Position numbers and translations under genes: made by a program. Under the pieces are notes generated by a model. It had not been told where the DNA came from and did not search any database. It was given only the letters and a program-made list of their open reading frames with translations. 53,397 bases of DNA from Planctomycetota bacterium (GTDB taxonomy: Bacteria > Planctomycetota > Planctomycetia > Pirellulales > Lacipirellulaceae). The stretch covers positions 1 to 53,397 of the forward strand of contig JBCCXZ010000021.1 of the NCBI GenBank assembly GCA_039190745.1, given 5' to 3'. Shown here piece by piece: positions 10,983 to 20,540 of this stretch (positions are counted from its first letter, which is position 1; every line of letters begins with the position of its first letter).

Positions 10983-12980
10983 CTATCCCATGGATTCCAG
11001 TTCGCGGAGCAGTGCGTCATCGGCCTCTGCGTCGGTCATGCCTTCGATCTCGGAGCGCAGGTCTGCAGCCGTACTTGCCAGCATGCCTGCCGTCGGTTTT
11101 GCCGGCGAGGCTTGCCGCCCGTTTGGCTGCACGCCCGGGTCTTCTCCGTGCAGCGAGGCAACGAGGAACCCCGCCAGGTCCATAAGGCGCGGGTAGTCAA
11201 ACACCAGTGTTGGCGGAACGTCGACGCCGGGGCCTAGCTCCGCCTGCAGGCGGTTGCTCATCTCCACAATCAACAAGGAGTCCAAGCCTAAGTCGAGGAA
11301 CCCCGCCTCTGGATCAGGGTAACTCTCCGACTGGGTCAGCGAAGACACGAGTTCCTGCAGATACCTTGCGGCGGCAGCGCTGCGAGCATTCGGGTGGGCG
11401 GCTGCCAGGAGCTCCCTGAGACCGGTTACGGCGGAGTTGTCGCGAGGAACCAAGCCCCCTTCTACGAACCGGCTTTGGGCGCGTTCCCGCAGCACCGTCT
11501 TCAGGACCTTCCCCGAGGGATTCCGGGGGAGTTCGTCCACGACGAGCACGGCCGTGGGCGTCTTGTAGGCCGCCAGTCGCTCGTGGGCTTCCCTTTGGAT
11601 CGCCTCGGCAGCGTCATTACGGTCGCGGTTGTCCGTCGATCCGAGCACGACAAACGCAACAACCTGCTCGCCGAGCAGCTTATCCGGCACGCCCACCACT
11701 GCGGCGTCCGATACGCCGTCCAGTTCGCGGAGCACCCGTTCCACCTCAGCCGGATAGACCTTGAGCCCGCCGACGGAAATCATGTCCTTCAGCCGGTCGA
11801 CGATAGAGAACAGGCCGCTTTCATCTTGCCGACCGATGTCGCCGGAGTGGAACCAACCATCGCGGATCGCCTCTGCAGTCGCGTCCGGTCGGTTCCAGTA
11901 GCCAAGCATGACGTTCGGGCCGCGGATGACGATCTCTCCCAGCTCCCCGGGGGGGCACTCGGCGCCGGACTCCGAATCGACGATCTTCATCTCCACCCCG
12001 TCGATCGGGGCTCCGATCGAGCCGTTGCGGTGCAGCACGCGGTGGTTGTAGCTGGCGAAAGGCGAAGTCTCGGTCAGGCCGTAGCCCTCATGAATCGGCA
12101 GCCCGAACTTCTCCTGCCATCGCTCTGCCGCTTCTACCGGCAACGGCGCCGCCGCGGAGAAGCAGTAATGCACTGACGAGAGCTCCTCGGGCGAGCAGCA
12201 CTCGTGCAGCAGCTGGAACATCGTCGGCACGCCGTAGAGCTGTGTTACTTGCTCTTCTTGAATCAGCCGCTTGGTGGCGCTGGGCTCGAAAACCCGCTGC
12301 ATGACCAACGTGGCCCCAACGTTCAACGCCGAATTCAGCAGGGCGTTCTGCCCGAAGCAGTGGAACAAAGGAACCGCGAGCAGTATGCGATCTGCGGGCC
12401 GCATGCCGCAGAGGTGGTTGAAGGCGTCGACGTTCGTCCGGACATTGCGGTGGGACAGTGTGGCACCCTTGGGGTACCCGGTCGTGCCCGAGGTGTAGAG
12501 GATTAAGGCCGGGTCGTCCGGCTCTGTGTTCTCCCAGGTGGAGCGGGCGCCGGCCTCGTCGGTGGCCAGGTCTGTATTATTGCAATGCCTGCCACACTCC
12601 GAAGCTTCCAGAACGGCGCCCAGGTGAGCGTCTTCTCCGGAGGCGAGATTCGAAGAGGCCCCCGACGCGGTCACTAAAGCAACCGGCTCGCAGTCCCGGA
12701 CGATGTGCCCGACTTCCTCGGAGACCAGCCGCGTGCTGATGGAAACGGGGACTCCGCCAAGCCGCAGCACGCCGTAGTACCACACAGCGAACGCCGGCAC
12801 GTTCGGCAGCATCAACGCCACGCGGTCGCTTCGGTTCACGCCGAAATCGGCCAAGCGCTCCGCGGCCGCTGCGCTCAGCCGGTCGAGCTCGCCGTAGGTC
12901 CACGATGCGCCCTCGAAGCGGATCGCGTCCTTCTCCGGAAGGAGCCTAGCGACGGCGGTGAGGTGTTCGCAGATGTTCAT
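10983..12980 (-). CDS. AMP-dependent acyl ligase fused to ACP (PKS loading didomain, probable cinnamate-activating)
   Basis: YTSGTTGYPKG, YGLTE, GWFHSGD and PRNPSGK adenylation motifs; C-terminal ACP GLDSL...PTLVFDYP; acidic C-terminal helix. Start moved to ATG 12980 (MNICEHL) because the ORF-track start overlaps the PAL gene. Confidence 0.88.
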   Translation of the reverse strand: MNICEHLTAVARLLPEKDAIRFEGASWTYGELDRLSAAAAERLADFGVNRSDRVALMLPNVPAFAVWYYGVLRLGGVPVSISTRLVSEEVGHIVRDCEPVALVTASGASSNLASGEDAHLGAVLEASECGRHCNNTDLATDEAGARSTWENTEPDDPALILYTSGTTGYPKGATLSHRNVRTNVDAFNHLCGMRPADRILLAVPLFHCFGQNALLNSALNVGATLVMQRVFEPSATKRLIQEEQVTQLYGVPTMFQLLHECCSPEELSSVHYCFSAAAPLPVEAAERWQEKFGLPIHEGYGLTETSPFASYNHRVLHRNGSIGAPIDGVEMKIVDSESGAECPPGELGEIVIRGPNVMLGYWNRPDATAEAIRDGWFHSGDIGRQDESGLFSIVDRLKDMISVGGLKVYPAEVERVLRELDGVSDAAVVGVPDKLLGEQVVAFVVLGSTDNRDRNDAAEAIQREAHERLAAYKTPTAVLVVDELPRNPSGKVLKTVLRERAQSRFVEGGLVPRDNSAVTGLRELLAAAHPNARSAAAARYLQELVSSLTQSESYPDPEAGFLDLGLDSLLIVEMSNRLQAELGPGVDVPPTLVFDYPRLMDLAGFLVASLHGEDPGVQPNGRQASPAKPTAGMLASTAADLRSEIEGMTDAEADDALLRELESMG

Positions 12981-13041
12981 GTTCCGCGGCAGTCGTTGCC
13001 GGGGTGGGCCCGTGTTGTTGAGACGCGATGGCTCGCCGCGG

Positions 13042-14727
13042 TCATCCGGAAGCGGCGAGGTCCTGCTCGAGCAGTTCACAGATCGGCGCCGCGGCCGAAA
13101 GCACGCCGCCGCGGTCCGCGAGGTTGTTGTTCAGCCGCGCCAGCTTCTCTTCCAGCCAGAGGTCTCCGTCGTCGTAGAGAAGCGGTTTGTCCGCATTGGG
13201 CTCCACGCCCACCACGTCGCAGACCGCCTGGTACACCGAGCAGAGTGCCTCGCTCAAGAGCTGCCGGCCGTCGTAGTTGCCTAGTTTTGCTTTCGCCCGC
13301 AGGTCGACCGACTGGATGGAGAACAAGAGCGCGACGCCCATGTAGTGGCGGAACAGGTCTACCGATTTCCACGCAAGGTGCGCCGATCCCCAGGCGAGCC
13401 CGTTGATGTTTTGATTGAACTGCTCCGCGTGCGTCGGGAAGTGCTCGACGAGCGGGTTGCTCATGTGCGTCAGCATCGGCACGATCGAGTTGCCGGTGAT
13501 CTGCAGGCCCTTTAGGCCCATGTTGTAGGGCAGGCTTTCGTTCCCACGGAGCGACGACGGCAAGCCCTTGTTGAACTCGGGCGTCACCAGCACCGAAACC
13601 TGCACATCCAGGTGTTTAGCCATCAAGCCAAGGTAGCGCCGGAGGTCGTCCATCGCGATGCCGACGTACTGGCCCAGGAAGTTCCCGCTCTGATAGAACC
13701 GCTCGGTGTCGGTATCGACGAGCGGGTTGTCAGAGACCCCGTTCATCTCGGTTTCCACCACGCGGCGTGCGTTGTGGAGCCCCTCCAGCAGCGGGCCGAA
13801 GTACTGCGGGAGGCATCGCAGCGAGTACCGGTCTTGGGTCTGCCCAGAACCGTGCGGCTTGCCGGAGTGGCCGTTGCTGCGGTAGGCGGGTGATTCGAGA
13901 AGGCCCCGCATGATCTCGGCGCAGCGGACCTGGCCCGGGTGCGGCTTGCGTTGGTGCACGAACGGCTCGAAGGCTTCCCGCTGAACCTCTAGCGAAACGA
14001 GCATCATCGCCTGAGCAGCGAGTGCCAAGGCGGTGAGTTGTTCTGTCTCGGCGACGCAGTTCGCCGCGACCGCCGAGGAGAACGAAGTGCCGTTGACCAA
14101 AGCCAGGCCTTCCTTCGGTCGCAGCGGCAGCGGCTCTAGCCCCAACTCGCCGAGCAGTTCCTGCCCGCCGAGTTCTTCGCCTCGGTAACGAACCCGCACA
14201 TAGCCGCTCTGCCCGGTGGCGGCACGGGCGATCACCGAGAGGGGCACCAGATCGCCGCTCGCGCCGATCGAGCCCAGTTCGCGCACCACCGGCACCGCGT
14301 CGGCATCGAGCAGAGTGAGCAGCCGCTCAATCAACTCGAAGCGGACGCCCGAGTAGCCTTGCATCAGCACGTTGGCCCGCAGGGCCATGGCCCCGCGGAC
14401 GTGTCGGGGATCGATAGGGTCTCCCGCGCCAGCGGCCAGGAAGTTGAGCAGATTGCCTTGCGACGCGGCGGCTTGCTCCGGCGGCACCGGGATGTCGGCC
14501 ATCCCGCCGAACCCCGTCGTGACGCCGTAAACCGGCCAGCCTTCGTCCACTGCCCGGTCGACCAGGGCCGCCGACTCAGCCATCCGACGCATGGTGGTTG
14601 CGTCGCGTGAGGCACGCACCTCGATGCGCCCGGCCCCGATGCCGGCAATGTCGCGGACCGTCAGAGCCGATCCATTCAGGGAGATCCGCCGGGCGGCTCG
14701 ACTAGCTACGGTCTCTGTGCTCAACAT
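13042..14727 (-). CDS. pal: MIO-dependent aromatic amino acid ammonia-lyase, probably phenylalanine ammonia-lyase
   Basis: YGVTTGFGG, GSIGASGDL (ASG MIO triad), KEGLALVNGTS, QDRYSLRC, SDNPL, GNFLGQY, HAEQFNQNIN. Specificity segment NLLNFL has Phe-Leu as in cyanobacterial PALs. Likely start ATG 14727 (MLSTETV), giving 561 aa. Confidence 0.88.
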   Translation of the reverse strand: MLSTETVASRAARRISLNGSALTVRDIAGIGAGRIEVRASRDATTMRRMAESAALVDRAVDEGWPVYGVTTGFGGMADIPVPPEQAAASQGNLLNFLAAGAGDPIDPRHVRGAMALRANVLMQGYSGVRFELIERLLTLLDADAVPVVRELGSIGASGDLVPLSVIARAATGQSGYVRVRYRGEELGGQELLGELGLEPLPLRPKEGLALVNGTSFSSAVAANCVAETEQLTALALAAQAMMLVSLEVQREAFEPFVHQRKPHPGQVRCAEIMRGLLESPAYRSNGHSGKPHGSGQTQDRYSLRCLPQYFGPLLEGLHNARRVVETEMNGVSDNPLVDTDTERFYQSGNFLGQYVGIAMDDLRRYLGLMAKHLDVQVSVLVTPEFNKGLPSSLRGNESLPYNMGLKGLQITGNSIVPMLTHMSNPLVEHFPTHAEQFNQNINGLAWGSAHLAWKSVDLFRHYMGVALLFSIQSVDLRAKAKLGNYDGRQLLSEALCSVYQAVCDVVGVEPNADKPLLYDDGDLWLEEKLARLNNNLADRGGVLSAAAPICELLEQDLAASG

Positions 14728-14761
14728 GCCGTTCAGGAGCGGTGGGGAAACTGTCGCAGAT

Positions 14762-14791
14762 ATCCTACCGGAGTCGGCATAAGTTGTACAA
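14762..14791 (-). promoter_or_regulatory. Possible sigma70-type promoter for the PAL-PKS operon
   Basis: Minus strand reads TTGTAC-N18-TAGGAT, ending about 35 nt upstream of the PAL ATG. The -35 overlaps the palindrome TTGTACAA (14784-14791). Confidence 0.3.
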
Positions 14792-15073
14792 ATCGCCCGC
14801 TTGCCCAATGCTGCCCACGCAACGCCGCGATCCTCTTTGAGCCGAGGCACCACTCTGGCGTAGCTGAGGCCTGCGGAGGCAGCGTGAGTTTGCAGCCGTA
14901 GTGGTGCACAAGGTTTCGATGCTGCCGAAGTGATTGCCCGAGCCGGTCTCTTGCTCGCCCGCACTTCTACACCGCACGAGGACCCTGTGGAAAGAGCGAA
15001 CTGCTTGCGGATGCACGACGCGGCTTGCGGCAACACGCGACGGAGTCAGCGTCACACGGCGCCCGATACCGAG

Positions 15074-18000
15074 TTAGACTTCGGCGGATTGAACCAGGCA
15101 GCGATAGAGACAGGGCACAAAAAAGAGTGCGAGCGCCGTGGCGCCGGCGACACCGCCGGCAACGGTGATCGCGAGCGGCGGCCAGAATCCGCCCCCGCCC
15201 AAGACTAGCGGAGCGAAGCCGATCACCGTCGTCACCGTCGTCGCAAGGATATGCCGCGTGCAACCGGAGACGACCGCCGCCAACGCACGCCCGTTGCCGC
15301 CCCGGGCCGAGGGGTCATCGCGGATCGCGGCCAGGACGACAATCGAGTCGTTGATCGCAACCCCCACCAGGCCCATCGTGCCGACGATGGCCATGAACCC
15401 AAACGGGTAGCCGAATACCCACAGAGACAACGGGCCGAGCCCCACGGTCAGCGCTCCGACGGCCAACACGATCGCAGCACAACGGAACGAACCAAACACC
15501 GCCACGAGAGTTAGGATCATCAGTGAGAAGAGCAGCACGGCGTTCAACAACAGATTTCGCACCGCCCGGCTGCGTTCCCCGGCTTCGCCTTCGAAGGTCA
15601 GAGCGTATCCCGGTGGGAGTTCGAAGCCCGATTGCGCGAGCCGCGACCGGAAGTCATCCAGCACCGCCCCCGGGAGCACTCCGGCGCGAGTGTAGGCCTT
15701 GACTTCGTTTACGTGCTGGCCGTTGACCCTGGTGATCGCCGCGAAGTCAGAAGTAAGCCTTAACCGGGCCACAGAGGCGAGTGGAGAAGGAGCTTTAGGT
15801 TGCGGCCGAGGACCACCCCGCGGCATCGCAGGCAGGCCCTGAGGCGGACCGGCGGGCGGAAGCGGCAGCGCTGCCAGACGCGCCAGGCGCTCACTGCCCA
15901 ACGGCGCCATCCGAACGTGAACCGGCAGTTCTTCGCCGCCATCAAACACGGTTCCCGCAGGCGCACCCTCAAGGGAAGTGTAGAGGAACTGGGCCACCCT
16001 CTGTTCGTCTTGCCGCACCACGGCCGACTCCTGCGGGTCGAGGTCCAAGCTCAACAAGGGCACGGTTTCTTCCATGTCCGACCGTGTGTGCAGCACATCC
16101 GGCGTTTGGGTCAGCACCAGTCTCAGCCGCGAGCCGAGCTGTTGGAGTGTGGCCGGGTCGGGCCCCGCCACGCGTATCTCAATGGGCGCATCAATCGGCG
16201 GCCCTTGATCGAGCAGCCGCACAACCACGCGTCCGGAAAGATGGCGCCGGTCGACTGCCGATTGCAATGCGTTGACCAAAGCCGTCGTGTTCGCGCCGGG
16301 GGTAACGTCCAGGAAGGCTTGAGCATAGAACGGCGTCCCTCTGCGTCGCGGCACCACGTTGTAGTAGAACGTTGCCGCGCTGCGTCCCAAGAACCAGTGG
16401 GCATGCTCGATCCCTTGCTCGGCCCGGATAGTCCTGTCGATCGCCCGGACCGCCGCGAGCGTCGCGTCGATCGGCTGTTGCGCTGGCAGCTCCAACTCCA
16501 CATGGACTTGGTTGCGGCCCGACGGAGGGAAGAACTGCTTCGGCAGCAACGGGGCGCATGCCAAGCCAATCAGCGGCAACGCAAGGCCGGCCATCACCCC
16601 CAGAAGCGGAACCCGGAACAACACACGCAAGACCCACTGGTAGACCTTCTCGAGCGTTTGGTTCCGCAGGCCCCCCCAGCGTCCCGTGCCGGGAGCATCG
16701 TCGGAAAGCAAACCCAGCAGCGCCGGCACGACGGACATAGCCAGCAGGAACGACGCGGTGATCGCCAGGATCACGCTCACCGCGATCGAACCGACAAACT
16801 CTCCGGGCGGCCCCGGCAGCGTGGCGATCGGCAAAAAGGCCGCCGCAGTGGTAAGTGTCGAAGCAAAAAGCGGCATCGAGAGGTGGCGTACCCCGGCTCC
16901 GATCGCAGCGGCCGTCGGAGCCCCGCGAGACATCCGGGCGCGGATGTCTTCCACGATCACGATGGCGTTGTCGATTAGCAATCCCAGGGCAACGATCAGC
17001 CCCGTGACAGACATCTGGTGCAGCGGCACGCCAAGGGCCCGCAAACCTGTGAGCACCGCAAGGCACGAAAACGGGAGTGTTAAACCCACGACCAGCATGC
17101 ACCTCCAGCCCATCAGCAGCAGCACCACGCACAACACGCCCAGGCCGCTGAGCCCGAGGCTGCGCATCAGGCCGCCGAGGCGCGAGCGGATGTAGTCCTG
17201 CTGAAGGAAGAGGGTCTCGACAGAGACCTCGTCACCATACTCGGCTTCGAATTGCTCGATCCGGCGCTGGAACCCAGCGGTCCAGGCGTCGATCCTGAGA
17301 CCGTCATCTACCAGCACCCCCAGGAACAGTGCAGCAGCGCCATCGGCGAACGCCATCTCCGCCGGCGGAGAAGCGGTCTGTCTTTGCACCAACGCGATGT
17401 CGGCGACCGCGACATCGGCCCCCCGCAGCCGCAACCGCGTTTGAGCCACGCGGCTCGCCGGCGGTTGATCGCTGCCAAGTGCGATGAGCAATGCCTGTTG
17501 ATCGCCTCTCAAGTACCCGGCCGGGGTGCTGGGGTCGGCGTCCCGGATCTGCCCCGCGATTGCGCCCGTCGACGTGCCGAGCGACGCCAGCACCTCGGGC
17601 ATTAGTTCGACAGAGATTTCTTCTCCCGGGTCGCCGATCAGATCGACCCGCTCGGAGCCGAATTGACTTCGCAGTCGCGAAGCAAGCAGCGCCGCCCGCT
17701 TGCGGACGCGCGGGGTGATCTCGCCGTCCTGCTCGCTGGGACGCACGGCCACGATCGCTGCGAACGCCTTGAGCGGGACCACTTCCATCTCGGGTTCCAG
17801 GCACTCTTCGGGCAGGTCAGCCGCTGCTGCGTCGACCAGCTCGCGGACCCGCGTCCAAACGGCGTCGATATCGTCGACCCGATCGCGGAGCTTCAGCACC
17901 ACGTTGACCATCCCTGTGCGGCTATTGGACCTCAGCTCGCCGATTTCGGGGACCGGCTGCAGGGCCTCTTCGAGCTTTACGGCAACAAGCGACTCTACTT

Positions 18001-18169
18001 TCGCCGCGTTGGCGCCGGGGTAGGCCACGCTGACCACGCCGATCCGCTTACCTAATACGGGGTCTTCCAGCCGCGGCAGGGCCACGACCGCCCCGGCCCC
18101 GGCCGCGACGAGCACAAAGCCAACCAGCAGAAGCAGCCTCGGGTTGCGGTAAAGAAAAAGGGCGATCAT
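15074..18169 (-). CDS. RND efflux transporter permease (AcrB/AcrD/AcrF family)
   Basis: 1031 aa with two TM blocks and two periplasmic domains; YPGANA, GLLIDNAIVIVE, LPKQFFP, GVAINDSIVV, FWPPLAITVAGG. Confidence 0.92.
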   Translation of the reverse strand: MIALFLYRNPRLLLLVGFVLVAAGAGAVVALPRLEDPVLGKRIGVVSVAYPGANAAKVESLVAVKLEEALQPVPEIGELRSNSRTGMVNVVLKLRDRVDDIDAVWTRVRELVDAAAADLPEECLEPEMEVVPLKAFAAIVAVRPSEQDGEITPRVRKRAALLASRLRSQFGSERVDLIGDPGEEISVELMPEVLASLGTSTGAIAGQIRDADPSTPAGYLRGDQQALLIALGSDQPPASRVAQTRLRLRGADVAVADIALVQRQTASPPAEMAFADGAAALFLGVLVDDGLRIDAWTAGFQRRIEQFEAEYGDEVSVETLFLQQDYIRSRLGGLMRSLGLSGLGVLCVVLLLMGWRCMLVVGLTLPFSCLAVLTGLRALGVPLHQMSVTGLIVALGLLIDNAIVIVEDIRARMSRGAPTAAAIGAGVRHLSMPLFASTLTTAAAFLPIATLPGPPGEFVGSIAVSVILAITASFLLAMSVVPALLGLLSDDAPGTGRWGGLRNQTLEKVYQWVLRVLFRVPLLGVMAGLALPLIGLACAPLLPKQFFPPSGRNQVHVELELPAQQPIDATLAAVRAIDRTIRAEQGIEHAHWFLGRSAATFYYNVVPRRRGTPFYAQAFLDVTPGANTTALVNALQSAVDRRHLSGRVVVRLLDQGPPIDAPIEIRVAGPDPATLQQLGSRLRLVLTQTPDVLHTRSDMEETVPLLSLDLDPQESAVVRQDEQRVAQFLYTSLEGAPAGTVFDGGEELPVHVRMAPLGSERLARLAALPLPPAGPPQGLPAMPRGGPRPQPKAPSPLASVARLRLTSDFAAITRVNGQHVNEVKAYTRAGVLPGAVLDDFRSRLAQSGFELPPGYALTFEGEAGERSRAVRNLLLNAVLLFSLMILTLVAVFGSFRCAAIVLAVGALTVGLGPLSLWVFGYPFGFMAIVGTMGLVGVAINDSIVVLAAIRDDPSARGGNGRALAAVVSGCTRHILATTVTTVIGFAPLVLGGGGFWPPLAITVAGGVAGATALALFFVPCLYRCLVQSAEV

Positions 18170-19293
18170 TCGGTACCGGTTGGCTGACCGTTGTCGTCGA
18201 ACAAGACGGGAGTAACGCGTTGCCCCAACACAACGCGGTGGACGCCGTCGGACACGACCAGGTCACCCTCGCCGATCGAGCCGTCAACCAGCACCCGCTC
18301 TTCTTCCAGCAACAAGACGTTCACTGCTCGCCGCGACAGCTCGTCTCCCGTATCCCCGCGCACAACTGTATAAACCGACCACAGCCCGCCGGTCTCGCCC
18401 TGCAGCGCCGACATCGGCAGCCAGTAGCCCGCGTAGTCTGTCGGCAAGCGGAACCGGACCTCGACGCTCTCACCGGGGGTCCAGGCGAGACTCTCAGTTG
18501 CGTTCGTAGGCGTGAGCCGCACTAGCCGGGTCAGCGAAGACCGGTCGAGGAGCGGCGAAACCGAAGCGATGCGGGCCGCGACTTGCTGGGACCCCAGTGC
18601 AACGATTGCAGAGGTTCCCACAGATAGCACGGCGGCAACGCGATCGGGCACGTGTGCCTCAAAAACGGGGATGCCGTCCTCGAACACCTCAAACGCAACT
18701 GCCCCGGCGTTGACCATGTCCCCAACGTCGATCGAACGGGAGGCAACGGTCGCGTCGTAGGGCGCCTCGATCCCGCCCAGGTCGATTTCCCGACCGAGCT
18801 CTTGAAGCCGCACGTCGATCGTGCGGATCTCCTGCTCAAGCCGACTCCGCCTCTCGGTCTCCCCGAACGAATCCACACCGCGGGTCATCCCGGCCAGTTC
18901 TTCGCGGGCCGCTTCCCTGCGTGCGGTTAGCCCCCCCAGCTCGGCCTCGGGCCCGGCTTGGAACAAACCCGCCAGACGCTCTCCGGCCACAACCCGGTCG
19001 CCTGGCTGCTTAGTGACTTCCGACACGCGGCCGCTCATCGTGAACCGCAAGGTGCTCCGCCGAGGGGGTTCCGCAACCCCGAAGGCGACGGCCGTTTCGG
19101 AGACGGGACCACTAGGAGTCAGTCGAAGGACCTCCACTCGCAGCGGAACCGCGTCCCCTGTCGCCGTCGACGGCGGAAGCCCCACCGAGAGCAGGTCCCC
19201 GCAGCCCGGGAGTACGGATACCAACCCGCAGGCAAGCAGCCACAGCGGCCTCAGCGACGGGGGCATCGATGTTGACTGAGGGGCGTTCCGCAC
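18166..19293 (-). CDS. RND periplasmic adaptor (membrane fusion protein), probable lipoprotein
   Basis: Lipobox-like LPGC, SGRVSEV..QPGDRV and IEAPYDATV lipoyl halves flanking a coiled coil, GDLVVSDG C-terminus. Coupled to the permease. Start uncertain. Confidence 0.88.
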   Translation of the reverse strand: MRNAPQSTSMPPSLRPLWLLACGLVSVLPGCGDLLSVGLPPSTATGDAVPLRVEVLRLTPSGPVSETAVAFGVAEPPRRSTLRFTMSGRVSEVTKQPGDRVVAGERLAGLFQAGPEAELGGLTARREAAREELAGMTRGVDSFGETERRSRLEQEIRTIDVRLQELGREIDLGGIEAPYDATVASRSIDVGDMVNAGAVAFEVFEDGIPVFEAHVPDRVAAVLSVGTSAIVALGSQQVAARIASVSPLLDRSSLTRLVRLTPTNATESLAWTPGESVEVRFRLPTDYAGYWLPMSALQGETGGLWSVYTVVRGDTGDELSRRAVNVLLLEEERVLVDGSIGEGDLVVSDGVHRVVLGQRVTPVLFDDNGQPTGTE

Positions 19294-19426
19294 GGAGTTG
19301 GTTTCTTCGGAGGCGACTGCTATGGAACCGGGCTATCCAGTAGTTTTGGGAATAGCGACCGCCGACGCTAGTGGCCGGAGTGTCGACACTCCAGGCCTTG
19401 TGCGCCGCGTGCGTAGACTGTAGCGA

Positions 19427-20533
19427 TTGCGTTGGCGTGAAGCCCGCCGGCTGTGCCCGAATGAAAGCAGTACCTTGAGCAGCAAAAACGCACGCGATCC
19501 TGAGGTGCTGATTGTCGGCCAAGGCCTCGCCGGGTCGGTGCTGGCTTGGCAGCTGCTGCGTCGCGGCGTCAGCTTCACGGTCGTCGACCGCGGCGGCGTC
19601 GATCCGTCGGGAGCGCCCTGCGCGTCGCAGGTGGCCGCGGGGCTTGTCACGCCGGTCACGGGCAAGCGGCTCACCCTCGACCCCCGCTGGAGTACGCTAC
19701 GCACCAGCTCCGCGGACTTGTATCGTTACGCAGAGGAGAGGCTGCAAGCGGAGTTATTTGTCGAGAAGCCCTCGCTACGAGTGCTCCAGTCTGCTGCTGA
19801 GCAGGAACAACTCCGCAAGCGGCGAGACGCGTCCGACTACGCCCTGCAAGCTCAGCCGGCCGACCCGCTCGAGCTGCCTGGAATGCTCCGCACGGAGTTC
19901 GGTGCGTTTTGGATGCCCGAAGCGGCCCGGTTGGACGTGCGGCGGTTTGTTCAACTGACTCGGGAGTGGCTGGCCGACGCGGCTCTGCTGCGGACGGCTA
20001 CGCTGACCCCGAACGGGATCGAGGCCGACGCGGGAGGCGTCCGGGCCGACTCGCTCGGGTTCCGTACCGGGCTTGTTGTGTTCTGCCAGGGGGCAGTCCC
20101 GGCCTCGGAGTTGCCCCCGGATTGTCCGCCGGTTTCGGCCGACAAAGGGGAGTTGCTCGAAATAGACGCTCCAGAACTTGAGATTGACTGCGTCGTGCAC
20201 CGCGGGGTGTGGGTGGCGCCCCAATCGAGCCAGAAGCCATCGAGGTACCTCGTCGGTTCCACGTTCACCTGGGGAAAGCAAGACTTTGAACCGACTGCCG
20301 AGGCCCGCGAATCAATCCTCTCCAGACTTTCGGAGTTGACCACCGCCAAGGCAACCGTTGTAGAGCACGCCGCCGCCGCACGTCCCTCGACGTCAACACG
20401 GGTTCCTTGGGCCGCCTTCTCAGAAAGCCAACCGCGTGTCGGATGGTTCAACGGCCTCGGCTCGAAAGGCGTGCTCTGGGCGCCCTGGTGCGCCGCTCGG
20501 TTGGCCGATCAGTGCTCGCGCGTGAGCGGTTGA
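19427..20533 (+). CDS. FAD-dependent oxidoreductase (DAO/glycine oxidase-like family)
   Basis: VLIVGQGLAG dinucleotide motif, SQVAAGLVTPVTG, KGELL, NGLGSKG. True start may be TTG at 19475. Confidence 0.8.
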   Translation: MRWREARRLCPNESSTLSSKNARDPEVLIVGQGLAGSVLAWQLLRRGVSFTVVDRGGVDPSGAPCASQVAAGLVTPVTGKRLTLDPRWSTLRTSSADLYRYAEERLQAELFVEKPSLRVLQSAAEQEQLRKRRDASDYALQAQPADPLELPGMLRTEFGAFWMPEAARLDVRRFVQLTREWLADAALLRTATLTPNGIEADAGGVRADSLGFRTGLVVFCQGAVPASELPPDCPPVSADKGELLEIDAPELEIDCVVHRGVWVAPQSSQKPSRYLVGSTFTWGKQDFEPTAEARESILSRLSELTTAKATVVEHAAAARPSTSTRVPWAAFSESQPRVGWFNGLGSKGVLWAPWCAARLADQCSRVSG

Positions 20534-20540
20534 GCCCGCT

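Noticed and set aside
13042..15036. Histidine ammonia-lyase (hutH) call and the 664-aa ORF length
   Set aside because: No Ser-His specificity motif and no hut genes nearby; the first ~100 codons look non-coding, so ATG 14727 is preferred.
19427..20533. FAD oxidoreductase as part of the PKS cluster (flavin reductase)
   Set aside because: It is DAO-family, on the opposite strand and separated by the RND pump; it is not a flavin reductase fold.
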